The translations under genes and the position numbers were made by a program. Positions 40,391 to 53,300 of a stretch of 64,000 bases of DNA are shown here, one piece after another. Origin of the DNA: Zygnema circumcarinatum SAG 698-1b (taxonomy: Eukaryota > Plantae > Zygnematophyceae). The stretch lies in the NCBI GenBank assembly GCA_037447605.1, contig CM074807.1, forward strand, positions 62,001-126,000, written 5' to 3'. Position 1 is the first letter of the stretch, and every line of letters begins with the position of its first letter. The notes beneath the pieces were generated by a model that saw only the letters and a list, made by a program, of their open reading frames with translations, was not told the DNA's origin and made no database searches.

Positions 40391-43300
40391 ATGGAGCGGG
40401 GGAGCCGTACGGCTGTGCTCGTGCTGCTGGCTGTGCTGCTGGCGTGCCACGTGTCGCTTGGCGATGCGAAGAAGAAGAAGGCGGAGCCTGTGGCGCAGAA
40501 GAGCGACGTGAAGTACATCAAGTGCGAGGTCTGCGAGGAGATCGCCAAGCAGCTCACGCGGCAACTGAAGCGGAAAAAGGATGAGGTCGCCCCTAAGAAG
40601 GTATTCTTCATAATTTGCGGCGAATTCTTTCTTCTAACACCAAGTTTGAAGAGATTGTACTCTCACTCGCTTTGAACACGCCGTGGTGGGGCTCGGGCGT
40701 TCAATCAGCCGCCGCATTGAGCGAGTGGCTGTTAACATTCCACGCTGGTTTTATCTGAAAATTCCTCACGTTTTAGTTGCAGCGGTAGGCCGGCATTTGG
40801 CATTGGTATTGGCATTGAGTTGACTTTTTTAATACGGGTGCTGTCGCGTTTTTTCTGTTGCACACTGTCCCGCGTTTGTACGTTTTGTCGTTTCTCATCT
40901 AGTACCAGAGCAACTTGGTTGGGCATGTGCAGGTTACAGAATTCGATGTTATCGAGATGACAGAGAAGATTTGTGACTTGAAGAAGAATGAAGGCGAGTG
41001 GATGTCGATGATTGACGTTGTGGAAAAAGGCGACGCGTTAAAGGTATTTCGCCTAAGTTCTCTAAGTTTTTGAGACGGTATCTCAGGGGACTGAGCTGCT
41101 CCAGCTTACCTTTGAGCTTTCAAGCGGCTTTGATATTGACGTGTACTGCTCCTGTTGAAGGCAGCAGTCCGGAATGGTCACCTCTAGGACAGCTCCAACT
41201 TAAACCTGAAATGGTGCAAGGATTCATCATTGCTGCACAGTAGAGCATTTGCGAATGCCGGTGGTTAGGCGCTTTCTGCTGTGAACAGGTGGCAGAAATT
41301 TTGTTTGCTTAAGGTGAAACTGGCTTATAATTCACTTGACCGCTGAGGAGCTCATAAAAAGATCATCAATGGAGACAACTCGATCCTTGTTTTTGTGCAG
41401 CTGGTGGAACAAAGCTCTCCGGGAGAATGTAACTCGGAGTGTAAAACGATACAGAAAACATGTGAGGAGGTGAGCGACCGATTCCAAATTACCTTCAGGG
41501 TTCACGCTCATAGCTCCCTGGACATCCTCGCGAGTTGCCTGGAAGTTTAGAAAGGTTCGCTTTGTGCTACTGGTACGAAAAGCCCCACTGCCTTCCACTG
41601 CCATTGGTTCCTTTTATTCGTGTAGATTTCACATAGAAATGCAGCGAACATGCTTATTTCAAGCTTTCTCGGGTAGACTTTTTACAGCGTCTGGGGGCCG
41701 CTGCAGACCAACTCCCATGAGTAGAAATTCGAAGCCACTTTTCCTAGTGGTGCTTTTTTGGTAGAAATTCGCGCCACTGTTTTCGAGTCTTGCATAGAAT
41801 TTTCCTTTCAGGATATTAAGCATGAGTTTTTAATGAAGGGATTTCCGATACTCCGGTTCATGTCTAGCCTCACGCCAATTTTTCTAGCTCGAGGCATCTT
41901 AACTGCGCAACAAGTCCAAACATTGTTTCCAAGCAGAATGTGATTTTTTCACTACTACAGCCCAATTGCAGTGCTGCCCGTTTGTGTGGTGTGAATTTTT
42001 CTGAAGGCTCGTTTGTAGAACTGGGAAGGTGCACTTTTTCTCAAAGGCGGCGATAACCTCCTGGGAAAATTACAGAACGTCTATGTTCGGTAAACAAAAA
42101 GTTCAATTATTTTGAGATCCTCATTATATCCCCTTACGGTGAGACGTGCAGGTGATGGGTGACCGTGACACCGACATTGCAGAGGCCCTTTACAGCGATG
42201 ACCTTAGCCGCTCCGCTCTTTCCCAACTCTTATGTCGAAAGCTCACGAAATCTTGTGGTGTAAAAGTGCCACCTGTCCCGAAGGTTCGTTCAAACCTCCC
42301 ACTGGCTGGCATATGTGCTGATGGGATGCCAACACTTAGCTGCCTTCTTTCTTCGCTTGTTGTCATTGAATATGCGGCTGTAGCCGGAGGGTAGCTCATT
42401 GGTTGCGATATGCATGTGCATGGACCGAGTTTTGCCGATGTATTGTCTAAACTCGTCTGCTGTACAAGGGAGAAGCCCTGTTGAGATGAAGATGTCAACT
42501 CGGCTAAAGGAAGTTGTGGTTTCATGGGCTGGGGAGGGCGACAACAGGATCGGGCTCCGGGAGAGAAGTTTGTTCCTGTCGATGCCGAGAAAGCGAAAAT
42601 GGACAGGATGCTGAAATCTATGAATGTAAAGCCCTCGGTCTTTCACGACGTAAAAGATGAGGTGGAAGCCAGTAGAAGCCTCGACCTTTAAAGGAATACA
42701 AGTTGTTGCGATCATGAAAGGAGGGTGGTACTCGCGCTGAGTGCTTTCGTACTAGCAAGGCGAAGCTCACTATGGATACCCTTGCTTACAGTGTTCTTTG
42801 GGCTTATGAAGTAACTCAGCTTTCGAGCATTACTGACATGAGTGTGCCTGTGAAGTGTCCTGCAAAGAGTGCCTTATATTACGGCGAGGAATGTTCACTA
42901 TGGTGATGCTTTGGCCTTCAACAGGACCTCCCTAACGCCCCCAAAATGAAGATGTATTCGAGAGACGAGCTGAAAGATGGACTTCCGGGAATGAAGTCGG
43001 GCGATGACGACGACGACGACGATGAAGATGAGGAAGACGAGGCTGGACCAAAAGTCACCGTGGTGGTGAGTCTTGCTTCTGATGGGGGATGAATTTCTGG
43101 TCTTTTATCCCCCAGGGAGTGAGTGAGACTGCTGGAAGATGCTCAACAGAGGCGGAGTCAGATGAGTCAGAGATGGAAAGCAGTATTTCCCAGTGACAAC
43201 TGCGATCTTCCCAGCGTCCTGTGGTCATGCACTTCTGTCCAACTGCATCGCTGTTGTTCCTGCTGTTCTTTCAATGGGCGAGAGACCCTGCTTGATGGAA

Positions 43301-43544
43301 CATGAGATCTTGTCTGCAGGACGAGCCGGCACCCGCGAAGCCTGCAACAGGGACACCCAAAAAGGAGGTTGACAAGCCCAGCATTTTGAAAAAGGCTGCG
43401 GAGGTGGCGGGCAGCGTGAAGGACACCGCGCAGCAAGCCTTGGAAGCGGCAAAGAAGGGCACAAAGGCTGCCACGGAGTGGGTGGGCAACCTCATGGCTG
43501 GCGACAAGAAAGGCGCTGACAATGGGGGCTCCTCCGAGCTATAG
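40391..43544 (+). CDS. Canopy/saposin-B-like ER protein (CNPY/seele; Arabidopsis SES1-like), 7 exons
   Basis: Signal peptide MERGSRTAVLVLLAVLLACHVSLG; DVKYIKCEVCEEIAKQL; VTEFDVIEMTEKICDLKKNEGEWM; ECNSECKTIQKTCEE; VMGDRDTDIAEALY..LCRKLTKSC; acidic tract; C-terminal SSEL* (ER-retention-like). Six-Cys saposin pattern. Confidence 0.88.
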
Positions 43545-44502
43545 CCCGAGGGGCAGCGGCGAGGGCTCAGGCAATAATCTGCTGCGGGCACATTGGCTGT
43601 TTGCCACCGACCGCTTTCCAGCGGGCCTTGCGTGTGAGAAAGAGAGGAGCGTGGCCTGTTGCGTCACGTAAGTGATTGGTTCGGTGTTGACCGCCAGCAC
43701 AGAGGGAGTAGCTTTCCATTTTTGCCAAGCAACTGCTTTAAACGTATGGAATATTGCTTCATTATGAATTTCTATGTGAACATTTTAGTTTTTGCCAGTC
43801 TCGCTTGACTAAATTTTAGTTGCTTGAATACAATATCTAAACACGACGTTTTCATTTTGAAAATCTCATTTCATTTTCATTTTTTAGTTTTTTCCCCTTT
43901 TGATGCGCAACAAGTCTCCAGCGATGATCTTACGAAATATAAGCACTTTTTTATTTTGATGTGCCGATTGATCTCCTGTCAACTTTGCATGTTCGGACAA
44001 AAGCTCGGCAAACTTGCGACTTATAGCAGAGCTACGTTTCTTCAGAAACTGTATCTCGATTAGTGCCGTCAGTATCTTGACTGAACACAAGATATGCTCC
44101 TTCTTGTGAGGGAATGAAACTCGGGCGTGCCACCACATTGTATAGCTCTGCTAAGCAAGATGGGCACTTGTGCAGTTGAAACCGACATATTACAAGTATA
44201 AAGAAGGTATACAAAGACTCACAGACTTTATAAGACCAAAGGAAGACGGGGAAATACTAAATAATAACTAGTACATGTGTGACTACACTTGTGATTACAT
44301 TTACAATTGACTAATTCTCCGTTTTTAACAGTTATTCATCCAAGGATGCGCGTTTGCTGGCTTTCCCGGTCCTACGGCTATGAATATTTGATCCCCGAAA
44401 TATGTTATTTTGCGTTGAAGTTTACAGAGGGGCCATCAACTGAACGACTGGAAACGCAAAGTGACAAGCGCCCACCGACCGGCCTTCAGTAGGGGCTTTA
44501 TA

Positions 44503-47500
44503 TCACATTGGTTCCACTTTCGCACCATCAGATCTGACCGGCCCTGTGAACCACTTCCGCGCATCGACGAGCCACCAGAGGCTCACAGGCACCATCACCC
44601 CCGTGAAAGCTGCAGCCAACGAACAGCAGCAACACACAACAGTTAGAGAGAATCAAAGAAGCGTGCTTTCGGTCGAGCACAGGACCTTCTTCCTCTCTGA
44701 TCATACAATCTCTCGTACTCAATTAGATTTTCAAACACAGTGAATCAACGCCATTGTAATTTCATCATGTATCATCTCCCCATGTTTGAAACAGGATGTA
44801 CACAGTTTGATATCGACGACGGAAATAGACGACTCACCGATAGGGGCATAGTTGAAGTTCTTCCAGGTGACCGGATAGAGCGAGGGCACCATGAAGATGC
44901 CAACGGTGTACGTAATGTACGTCAGAGCAAGGAGGTTGCAGATCTTGCTGAAGGCCCCCAAGTGAAAGGGGCCCCTCTTGAAATCTTCATCCTTCATAAT
45001 GAACCGAAAGAAGATCGCCACTCCATACGTACACATGTAGCCCACCGTCGTCAGCGACGCGATAGCATTGAACGCCACAGTTGAGCTGCATTGACCTCAC
45101 CCTCCCTTCAGAATGCAGCTCCTATTCAAACAACAACGCAGCCCGATTCTCCTCCTTCTCCTCTCACACCCCCCCCCCCCCCCCTTCCTCGCCCACTTCC
45201 TCTCCCCCCTCCCCCCCCCCCTCCCCCACCTTATCCCCAGCTCAAACCCCCGCCCTCGAGCCCTACCCCTCTGCGTGCAAGCAGCGGCCATGGACTGTTT
45301 TTTAGGGTTTTGCGCACCCGAAGTTGGGGAGGCCGACGAGGACGGCGACGGTCGCGACGAGCCACGCCGCGTTCACGGGCACGCGCGAGGTCGCCGTGAC
45401 GCGTCGCCACACGTGCGAGAGCGGCAGCACGTTGTCGCGCGCCAGCGCGTACACAGTCCGCGACGCGCCCAGCGTGCCGGCCAAACCTGCAGACAGGCTG
45501 ACAGCGGAAAGGTAAGGGAGGGGGGAGGGAGGGAGGGGAGGGGAGGGGGGAGGGGGAGGGGGGAGGGGGGAGGGGGGAGGGGGGTGGCGATAGCGAGGTG
45601 AGGAAGCAGCTTGACAGAGCTGCATAGACAAAGAGAATGTGAAGGGGAAGAATGGCGTGGGGCAACAGTTATGCCTTACCTGACATGTAGAAAGGTATGA
45701 GCATTAAGATGAAGATGACGTACGCTCCTCCAGCGTTGCCGTATCGGTTGTGAAAGACATCGTAGATGATCTGCATCGGAGGGTACAACCCTCCTGTCGC
45801 ATTTTCTGGAGAATAAAGATCTCCCCAGTAGCCCTGCACCTCCCCCATCCAAGAACCATAGTGAGACAGGTGGGAAAAATGAAATGAATATTCAGGCCGG
45901 CGCAGGAAAGTACAAACCAACCCACGAAAAAAAGCTGAACTATCAAAGTTCCCAAAAGCTCCGCTATCTCCCGCAGCCCCTCACCTGGATGCAAAATGTG
46001 AGCACCAAAATCAGACAATATCCAAGAACCATCTCAATGAAAATGGCAGCCATCATCGCCTTTGGACCGGCGGTATCCGAATTCTTAGTCTCCTCCGTCA
46101 CATGCGCCGCATGGTCAAAGCCAAAACCACTCCACTGGGCCAGCAGAGTCGCGAACATCCAGTTGAGCCCGACGCCATGGATTCCTGTGAAGGCGGAGCT
46201 CGGCTCCCAGTGCGTGAACACATAGCTCGCATCCTGGCGAGTGGGGGCCACAAGAGGCAGCACAATGCACAGCATTACGGTGAAGGCGAGGTTGAAGTAC
46301 ACGTAGAGACCGAACAGTTTGGAGACATATTTCACTCCAAACGAGATGATGAAGCTCCACGAGAACAGCATTCCTGCGTAAATGGCGAAAAAGACGCCCT
46401 TGCTGGCGAAGTAGCCTCCGCCATTGGCTCCGCCAGTCATAAGCAGAATGATCTGCTGGAGAATCTGCGCCGCTGCAGCACCCCCCCCCCTCTCCACAGA
46501 GTGTTTCAGCCATTTCTCTCTCTGCTAAAAGATATACCCACTTTGAGATTCCGGGGATCTGTGTTTGGCAAATCTGCGTATGTAATGAAGACAGGAATCC
46601 TAAAACAGAAGGAGGTCTCAATAAAGTATTTATTGAAACTCGGTTTTTCCAGTTTGTCGATCATAAATAATAAGTTGAGCTGGGTTCCTTCAATGATTTC
46701 ACCTGGGAAGGCGACACTTGCGTCGCCGACCATGAGAGCGACCAATTCAAGCCACGCCGTCATCCAGGAAACGAACGACCGCCACTTTGGAGGGCACATG
46801 GAGGACGCCCAAAAGTACAGAGACCCCACCGTCTGCATGCGCCCTCCTCCGTTAAAACCATGGAAATCCGTTCGCTGCACTGCCATGAGTATGCATGGAG
46901 CTTTAGGCGGTCGAGAGGGACAGAATGCTGAGGAGCCTCCTCACGAGGGAGGGAGGAATGAAGGAGAGAAGATGACTCGAAGGCGTGCAGTATGAGAAAA
47001 ACATCGCATTCTGGTTTTTTTTTCTTCTGGCATTTTTTACTTTTGTGTCTGTGGGCGGCAAGAACAACAGCAGCAGTTGAGGCCTTATCGGACCAACTGC
47101 GGTCTCCTTAGAGGCACAACTTCTTCTCCAAAGCTTCATAGGGAGCGCTGAGATTCCGGAAATTCGGAGAGCAGTTGAGGGCGCGGAGGAAAGGCGGAAA
47201 TCCTTCCGAAACGGTTGAGGCAAGAGAGACGAAAGAGTGGGAGAAAGGGACGGAGAGAGAGAGAGAGACAGGGAGGGCGGAGCGGAGCGGACCGGATAGG
47301 AGGAGCATATCTCGGAGAGGGAGAGGCCCACGATGATGATGAAGAAGAAGGTGGGCCACCATGGCCAGACGAGCGCCACGGGGCCGCCATAGCTGATGGC
47401 CACCGTGTAGAAGGGGATGATGGTGATGTAGGGGTTCAGCACGGAGGACGATACGCCCACGATCTCGAGCAGGTTCTGCGCCGCACAACGCACTGTCAGA

Positions 47501-47662
47501 CCTCTGTGCCGCAGAGCCGCCATGGGAGCAATGGAGCGCATGGCGGCGCCTCACCATCTCGCGCTTGAGCTCCTGCTTGTAACCCAGCTCGTGCAGCCGC
47601 TTCTCTGCGGGGTCGATGCCCTCCGCCATGGGTTTCTCCATCTCCTCTGCTTCAGCAACCAT
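44503..47662 (-). CDS. BAT1: APC-family amino-acid/GABA permease (BAT1-like); multi-exon
   Basis: AEKRLHELGYKQELKREM; YGGPVALVWPW..GLSLSEICSSYP; GSLYFWASSMCPPKW; TGGANGGGY; GFDHAAHVTEETKNSD; SRTVYALARDNVLPLSHVW; AFNAIASLTTVG; FKRGPFHLG; NFNYAPIG; WLVDARKWFTGP; stop 44503-44505. Confidence 0.93.
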
Positions 47663-48485
47663 GGCTGCCTCGGCTCCTGCTCCTGCACACACTCCAGCAC
47701 CACCACAGAATTGGCGGTAAGCATTGCCCTGCTTTCCTCTGCACACCCCGAGCGCACGCTGCCTCTCCCACGGGCCCCGGGCGAGTGCAGGAAGGCAGGG
47801 TACCTTCAGCTCAGAATGCGCTACGGCAGACGCGCCTCCTCCTCCCTCTCCTCTCCTCTCTCCTCTCCCCTCCCTCTTTATCTCTCCTCTCCTCCCTTCT
47901 CCCCTCCCTCCCTCACCTCCCTCACCTCCCTCACCTCCCTCACCTCCCTCCCTCCCTCCTCCCCTCCCTCTCCTCCAGGTCACGTCCGCCGGCCGTCTGC
48001 CGGCGCGGGCAGTGAAGGCCCGCCCAACCGTCGGCGGCCGCCATGGCCGGGCGCCGGCGGGGCGCCGCGCTCCAATCGCAGCGTGCGGAGGGCCGGTCCC
48101 ACGTGCTCGGTCCGCCACTCGGAGGCGGCCACGTGGAGGTCACACCACTGGATTTGACGAATATCCACACGTGCGAAACGTGATGTATGTCAGCCGCAAG
48201 TGCAAGTGACAGCTGAAGCGACAAATAAAATTTGTCCATAGGAAGGTTGGACAGGGGAGTTAGTTGTACGGCACCGACCGAAACCAGTACTACGCGGCGC
48301 AGGCCGGCGGGGCATTAAATTCCGCTGCTTGCGCGGAAACACGGGCAGCTGCAAATCAAAACTAGTACGCGTGCCCCGCGTTACATATGACAATTGCGGA
48401 ATGAGGAGTACGTCTTTCGAAAAATCCTCCCAGACGAAATGCCTCCGTATTTCAGCAGGGAGAGACGCTTGCAGGACCGGCCGCC

Positions 48486-48491
48486 TATAAA
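48486..48491 (+). promoter_or_regulatory. TATA-box-like motif (CCTATAAA) not linked to any annotated + strand gene
   Basis: TATAAA followed about 30 bp later by a pyrimidine-rich, 5'-UTR-like stretch; motif only. Confidence 0.3.
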
Positions 48492-49076
48492 GAGGGCACC
48501 CCCCCCCCCCTTAATTTTCCTCCCTCTCGTGCTGCTCGTGGCGGCGGCGGGGGCTTCTGCAAGAGCGAGCCGCCGAAGAAGCCAGGAAGGGAAGTGCAAG
48601 CTGTGCATGAAATTGAAGAAATAACAGAGAAGAGGGGAGGATTCTTCCTATTCTAGCGAGCCAGAACCAGGAAATCTCTCATCCATACGTCTGCGTCCAT
48701 CCGAAATGAGATCCTTGAGCCACTTCAATCAACCTGTCTGGACATGGACATGGACTGCTGAATCATGGAAATCCTCCAGAATCCTGCAAACAGTAAAAAC
48801 AGCAAATAGCAAACAGCGGTTCTTTATCCCTATACTTTACTTCATCGTGCTCTGGAAACTCACCGGTAGTGCGAACAAACACAACCCCCGTACTCGCACA
48901 TGGATAATGGATTCCCTACGACTTTCCGACTCCCACGAAAACTGACAGCAAGATCCGGAATTTCTCCATTTTCAGGACGTGCATCTGGGAGAGTCTGATC
49001 CAAAACCCTAGACTGCACCTTCAGAAATTGCTGAAGGATGCCATCTCAACTCCGCATTCTGAATCATAGCACTCAC

Positions 49077-49288
49077 CAAACCAGAAGCGTTCGTCAGGCA
49101 TCAATCTGATCTAAAATGCAATGCATGGAACGTATGCTACTCTTCAACCAAAAAAAAAAGCAAAAGGCATCCAGCAGTGTGAGGCAGTACTTGGAAATCA
49201 GATGAGCAATGCCAGTGTTGGAGAGGACTTTGCATAACCACCGCATCAATTTCGAGGCAGATAATGCTGTACCCGAAGCTCAGCCATT
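49077..49288 (-). pseudogene. Possible degenerate fragment of a GT77 nucleotide-diphospho-sugar transferase
   Basis: Exon-like 49288-49191 reads WLSFGYSIICLEIDAVVMQSPLQHWHCSSDFQ, and 49110-49077 reads IRLMPDERFWF. Spacing matches the recalled GT77 core GYNFIFTDADVMWFRNPF-x7-DFQI without gaps. The rest of the gene was not found. Confidence 0.25.
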
Positions 49289-50372
49289 CTGTGGAGGTAA
49301 AACCATTTTAAGGGCGACTTGACGTCCCTGAACAACCTTGAAAGCCATAGTGGCTTCCACAAGGATGTTAATTCCATGACTCTTTCTCAGTTGCTGCAAG
49401 AACCTGTAGCACACCTTCACCTGCTTAAACTATCAAATAATATTTTCAAATCTGTCGCAAATCTGCGTTTCTTTCGGATCCTTCCCTGACTTCCTTCAGA
49501 GAAAACCTTTACAACAAGAAGGATGAAGCTTATATAGCTTTGCTTAAAGACGTTACAAGAATGGGAAGTTCCAAAAACACTACCGCTTTCCAGATCAAAT
49601 TGTACTTTTTTCATGATGCGTTATTTTATGAGGCTCCAGGCTTATGTCGGTGGAGTCTTTTTTTTTCTAGGTCGGCTCCAGTACGATTTTCAGTTCTGGA
49701 GTTCTTGAAATGTCGTACGAGATGCACTCGGAGTTATCTCCAGTTGATCCGTTACTGCAACGAGGGGGAACTCTGAGCCCTCCAACAAGTTGCTTGCCAA
49801 ATGACTGTCTGTGTAGAAAATGGTGGAGACAGACAGTCGCGATTCGAGCGAGCTTTGCATAGGCTTGTATTCACTGCACACGCAGCCCATGCCGTCGTGC
49901 GTTTATCTCGACATCCTGCAGATATGGTCTACACGAAGCTATTCAGAAATCCTGCGATTCAAGCTGCTTAGCGATCAACTGTCTCGCAAATTAATGGCTC
50001 TGTTCAGATAGTGACTTCAAACTTGTGCTCAGCTGACCCTAAAGACTGTAAGTTAATTAACTGTGAGAAGGTGGTCTGTTTGTTGGTGCTGTTATGCAGA
50101 GCCAAAACGAGAAGCTGTTGGGGGCAAACCCATTCGTGGGCTCATTCAGTTCATGGCGGAGGCTCTGAGGGATTCAGCGCTTGCCAGGCCGCGCTCAGGC
50201 GCTCTCTTTGATTGGAATCTTTCGTGCTCAACTTTAAGGCCTGTCCTCGGCCTGTCCCTGTGAGGCAACATTCATTCATTTATTTTTTCCTCAATCTCAA
50301 AGCAGGACAAAATCAGTTAAGGACCTCCTTTCCGTACAAGGCTGTCGGGTTACATGCAAGTAAACCGCTCCA

Positions 50373-53300
50373 TCATTTCCTGCTTTTTTTGGTGCGCTGA
50401 TTGTAAAACATTCTATGCCTGCATCATCAGCACATGCATGGACGCAACATCAGTATGCGGCTCACATTGCCTTTCCGGTAACTTTGTGCAACAAACTGAG
50501 ACCTTAATTGGACCTGGATCTGTTGAAAGCCAGATTTAGACTTAGGCCGATAATAAGTTGAGAGTGAACTGAGCCAAAAAGAGGCCAACAGTTGGCCTCC
50601 AGGCCAAGAGGTGAGATGGATGAGGACTCACTTGGAAAAGTCGATGCGGTGAAGCAACACAGCTGACATAAGGAACTCCGCAGAATAGACGGACGCTCCT
50701 GCAGGGCTCACGCGAGAAAGAAAGAGAGAAACTCAGAATAGGAGACAAGACATTACAACTACGATCGAACCTCACGACCTCACCCCACCTTACGGACACC
50801 CTTCACATGCAGAGAGGGAGACGGGGAGGGGGAGCGGGAGGGGGAGGACAGAGAGAGAGAGAGAGAGAGAGCGAGAGATCAACTTATATTGTACTTTTAG
50901 TGAGTAATGGCCGGCAATGATGCCGATCCGCCTCGCCAGCCAAAACAAGGCAGGGGAACTCCTCTCCCTCTTCTGCGGGCGGGCCCTCATACGTTTTAAC
51001 TATCTGCAGTATTGAAGCAAAAAGTCGGATGTTGGAAACTGGGCTTTAGGTCGTTAAGCTTCCGCGACTGCTTAAATGCTCTAGTCATGAAAGCAGGCAA
51101 ACTGGCTTGGCATGAATCTCGCCTCCCAACATGGTCTCCCTGAGACTAGAACCCACATTAATCAATGAACCGGAATAAAATGTAAGCATCTGAACAAAGG
51201 ACCGAAGCAGCAACGTTGAAAAAGAAGCCCCACCTTAGCTCCTGCTGCTGTGGCTATCTCTGATAATTCCTTCGGAGCGGGTGTGGTATGAGGGGCAATA
51301 TATACACGCCATCCCTTCAAAACAAAAGGCGCTTTAGTCTTTAAAGTCTCGTGCTGTAGAGCTAAAGGTTTCTTAAGACGTTGAGGGGGTGAAGAGGAAG
51401 ATTGTTGTGAACACTCAGAAAGGAGGCGAGAGAACAGAAGCATTTAGCTGCGAATTACTTTTCAAAAACTGAAAAGAAATCAATCCTTGTTCAAACCTGC
51501 AGAACCGGCCGCTGTCGAGCTTCTGCCAACGCCACTCGGAGCGAAAATCCGAACTCTCTCTCTTTCCGCGCATCTTGAAGAATGAAGCTGCCCGGATCAA
51601 CAAACCTTTTGACTTCCCGGCAGCTCTCCAGCCACTCAGGAGTCACAACGTGGCAGCCTCTAGCAATAGCAATCATCATATTCACAGTTCGTCCAAACTT
51701 CTCAACTACGAAGTGGGTACACTCTGAAGGGTTGGAGGCGATTTTCCCTCCCAATTTGTTCACCATCTGGTTGAATGAAATGCCAAAGGCAGGGGACAAG
51801 GCAGATGCATCCAGTCGTCAGCAACAGAGGTACATTTTTTTTTAATTTGAAGGAATGCATTCCCAGATTCCGCTTCCTAATTTCACATTCGTTGCGCTCT
51901 AGACAACCACTCTGTGATTGACCTTCCACAACAAGAGCGAAGAGGTACATGTATGCAAGTATGTATGGAGGTTCATGTGTGAGAGAGGGGAATGTATGTA
52001 TGTGAATGAAATGCAGAGAAGAGTATATGGTCGTTGCGTTGAAGTATTCTATTAGAGTAGCGAGAGTGCCTCACCAAAGTAAAAGACGGACATTCCTCTT
52101 TAGGAAGTGAATGGCTGAATAACACCCTCACATCTTTCCTCCTATCTTGACTCGGACTTATCCACTCCTCCGCCTCTTCCTCGTCCACCTCCCTTTGCTC
52201 GCTCTCCTCCATCACCTTACCAGAACTCAATCCCCGGCTTGAGGATAGGCGCTTCTGTCTCTGTCTACTCCTCACTATTGTGTCTTCTATTGCTTTGGTC
52301 TCTTTCCTTCCCCTCAGCTCCCTGCCCTCTCCTGTTCTTGGAGTGCTATCACTGTATGTTTTAGATGTTGGGGCTGATGGATATTTTGGGGACTTTTTAG
52401 ATTTTGGAGATTGCTGGGTTTGAGCAGTTTTCATGCTTTTGGGCAGGTTTAAAGATCTTGGAAATATTGAGAGTACGTTACTAAAAGTTTTCGTTTTTGG
52501 AGCCTTCTCTTCTACGGAGGAGAATCGTTTTCTTTTTCCTTTTCTGACGTGTCCTTCACTTGATGTCTGAATTTCAGGTACCAGTCTGATCTTCGTTTTC
52601 GAACGCAGTTTTCTCTCCGTATCACTCTCTCCCTCGCCCACGCCCTCTCCCCCTTGCTCCCTCCCTTCTGCGACGGAGGCCTGACGTCGTGTATTTTTCC
52701 ATCCCGTTCCTTTCACTTCTAATTCTTTATCCTTTCTTGCCTTGTTTCCTTCATCTTCACGACACGTGGTAGTTTTTTCAGTCTTCTTTTTCATTGCATG
52801 CCTTATCTCCCCCTCCCGGTCTACCTCTCTCTCCGTAATCGACACTTGATTTTCCCTTCTCTTCTCAACGAGTACACCCTCGTATATACTATTCTCTTCT
52901 CCCTTGTCTCCCCTCCTCTGCGCTTCCCTTACCGTTTTCCTCCCTTTCTTCAATACCTTTTCATTTCTCTCACACTCCTGCACTCTTCCTCCATTCTTCC
53001 GTTTCCAGTTGCCATCTAGTTTCTTGGCCCCATTTTCCTCCTCCATCACTTTCTCTCTTGCTTCTTGCTTTCTCTGCTGCTTATTTACAGTCTCCTCTAT
53101 TCCTACCAATTTTGCATCTAATCCAAGCCTCTTGCCGTTCCTTTCCCCACCTTCCTCCTCCTCCCTCTCCTTCTCCTTTTCCTTTCCCCCCTCCTTAGAT
53201 TGGATAACCGCATTTCTATCTCCATCATTCACTCTCGGCTTATTTCCCTCCATTCCATCTGGTTTCGCAACCACACCATCCTTCAAATCCCTACCACCCA

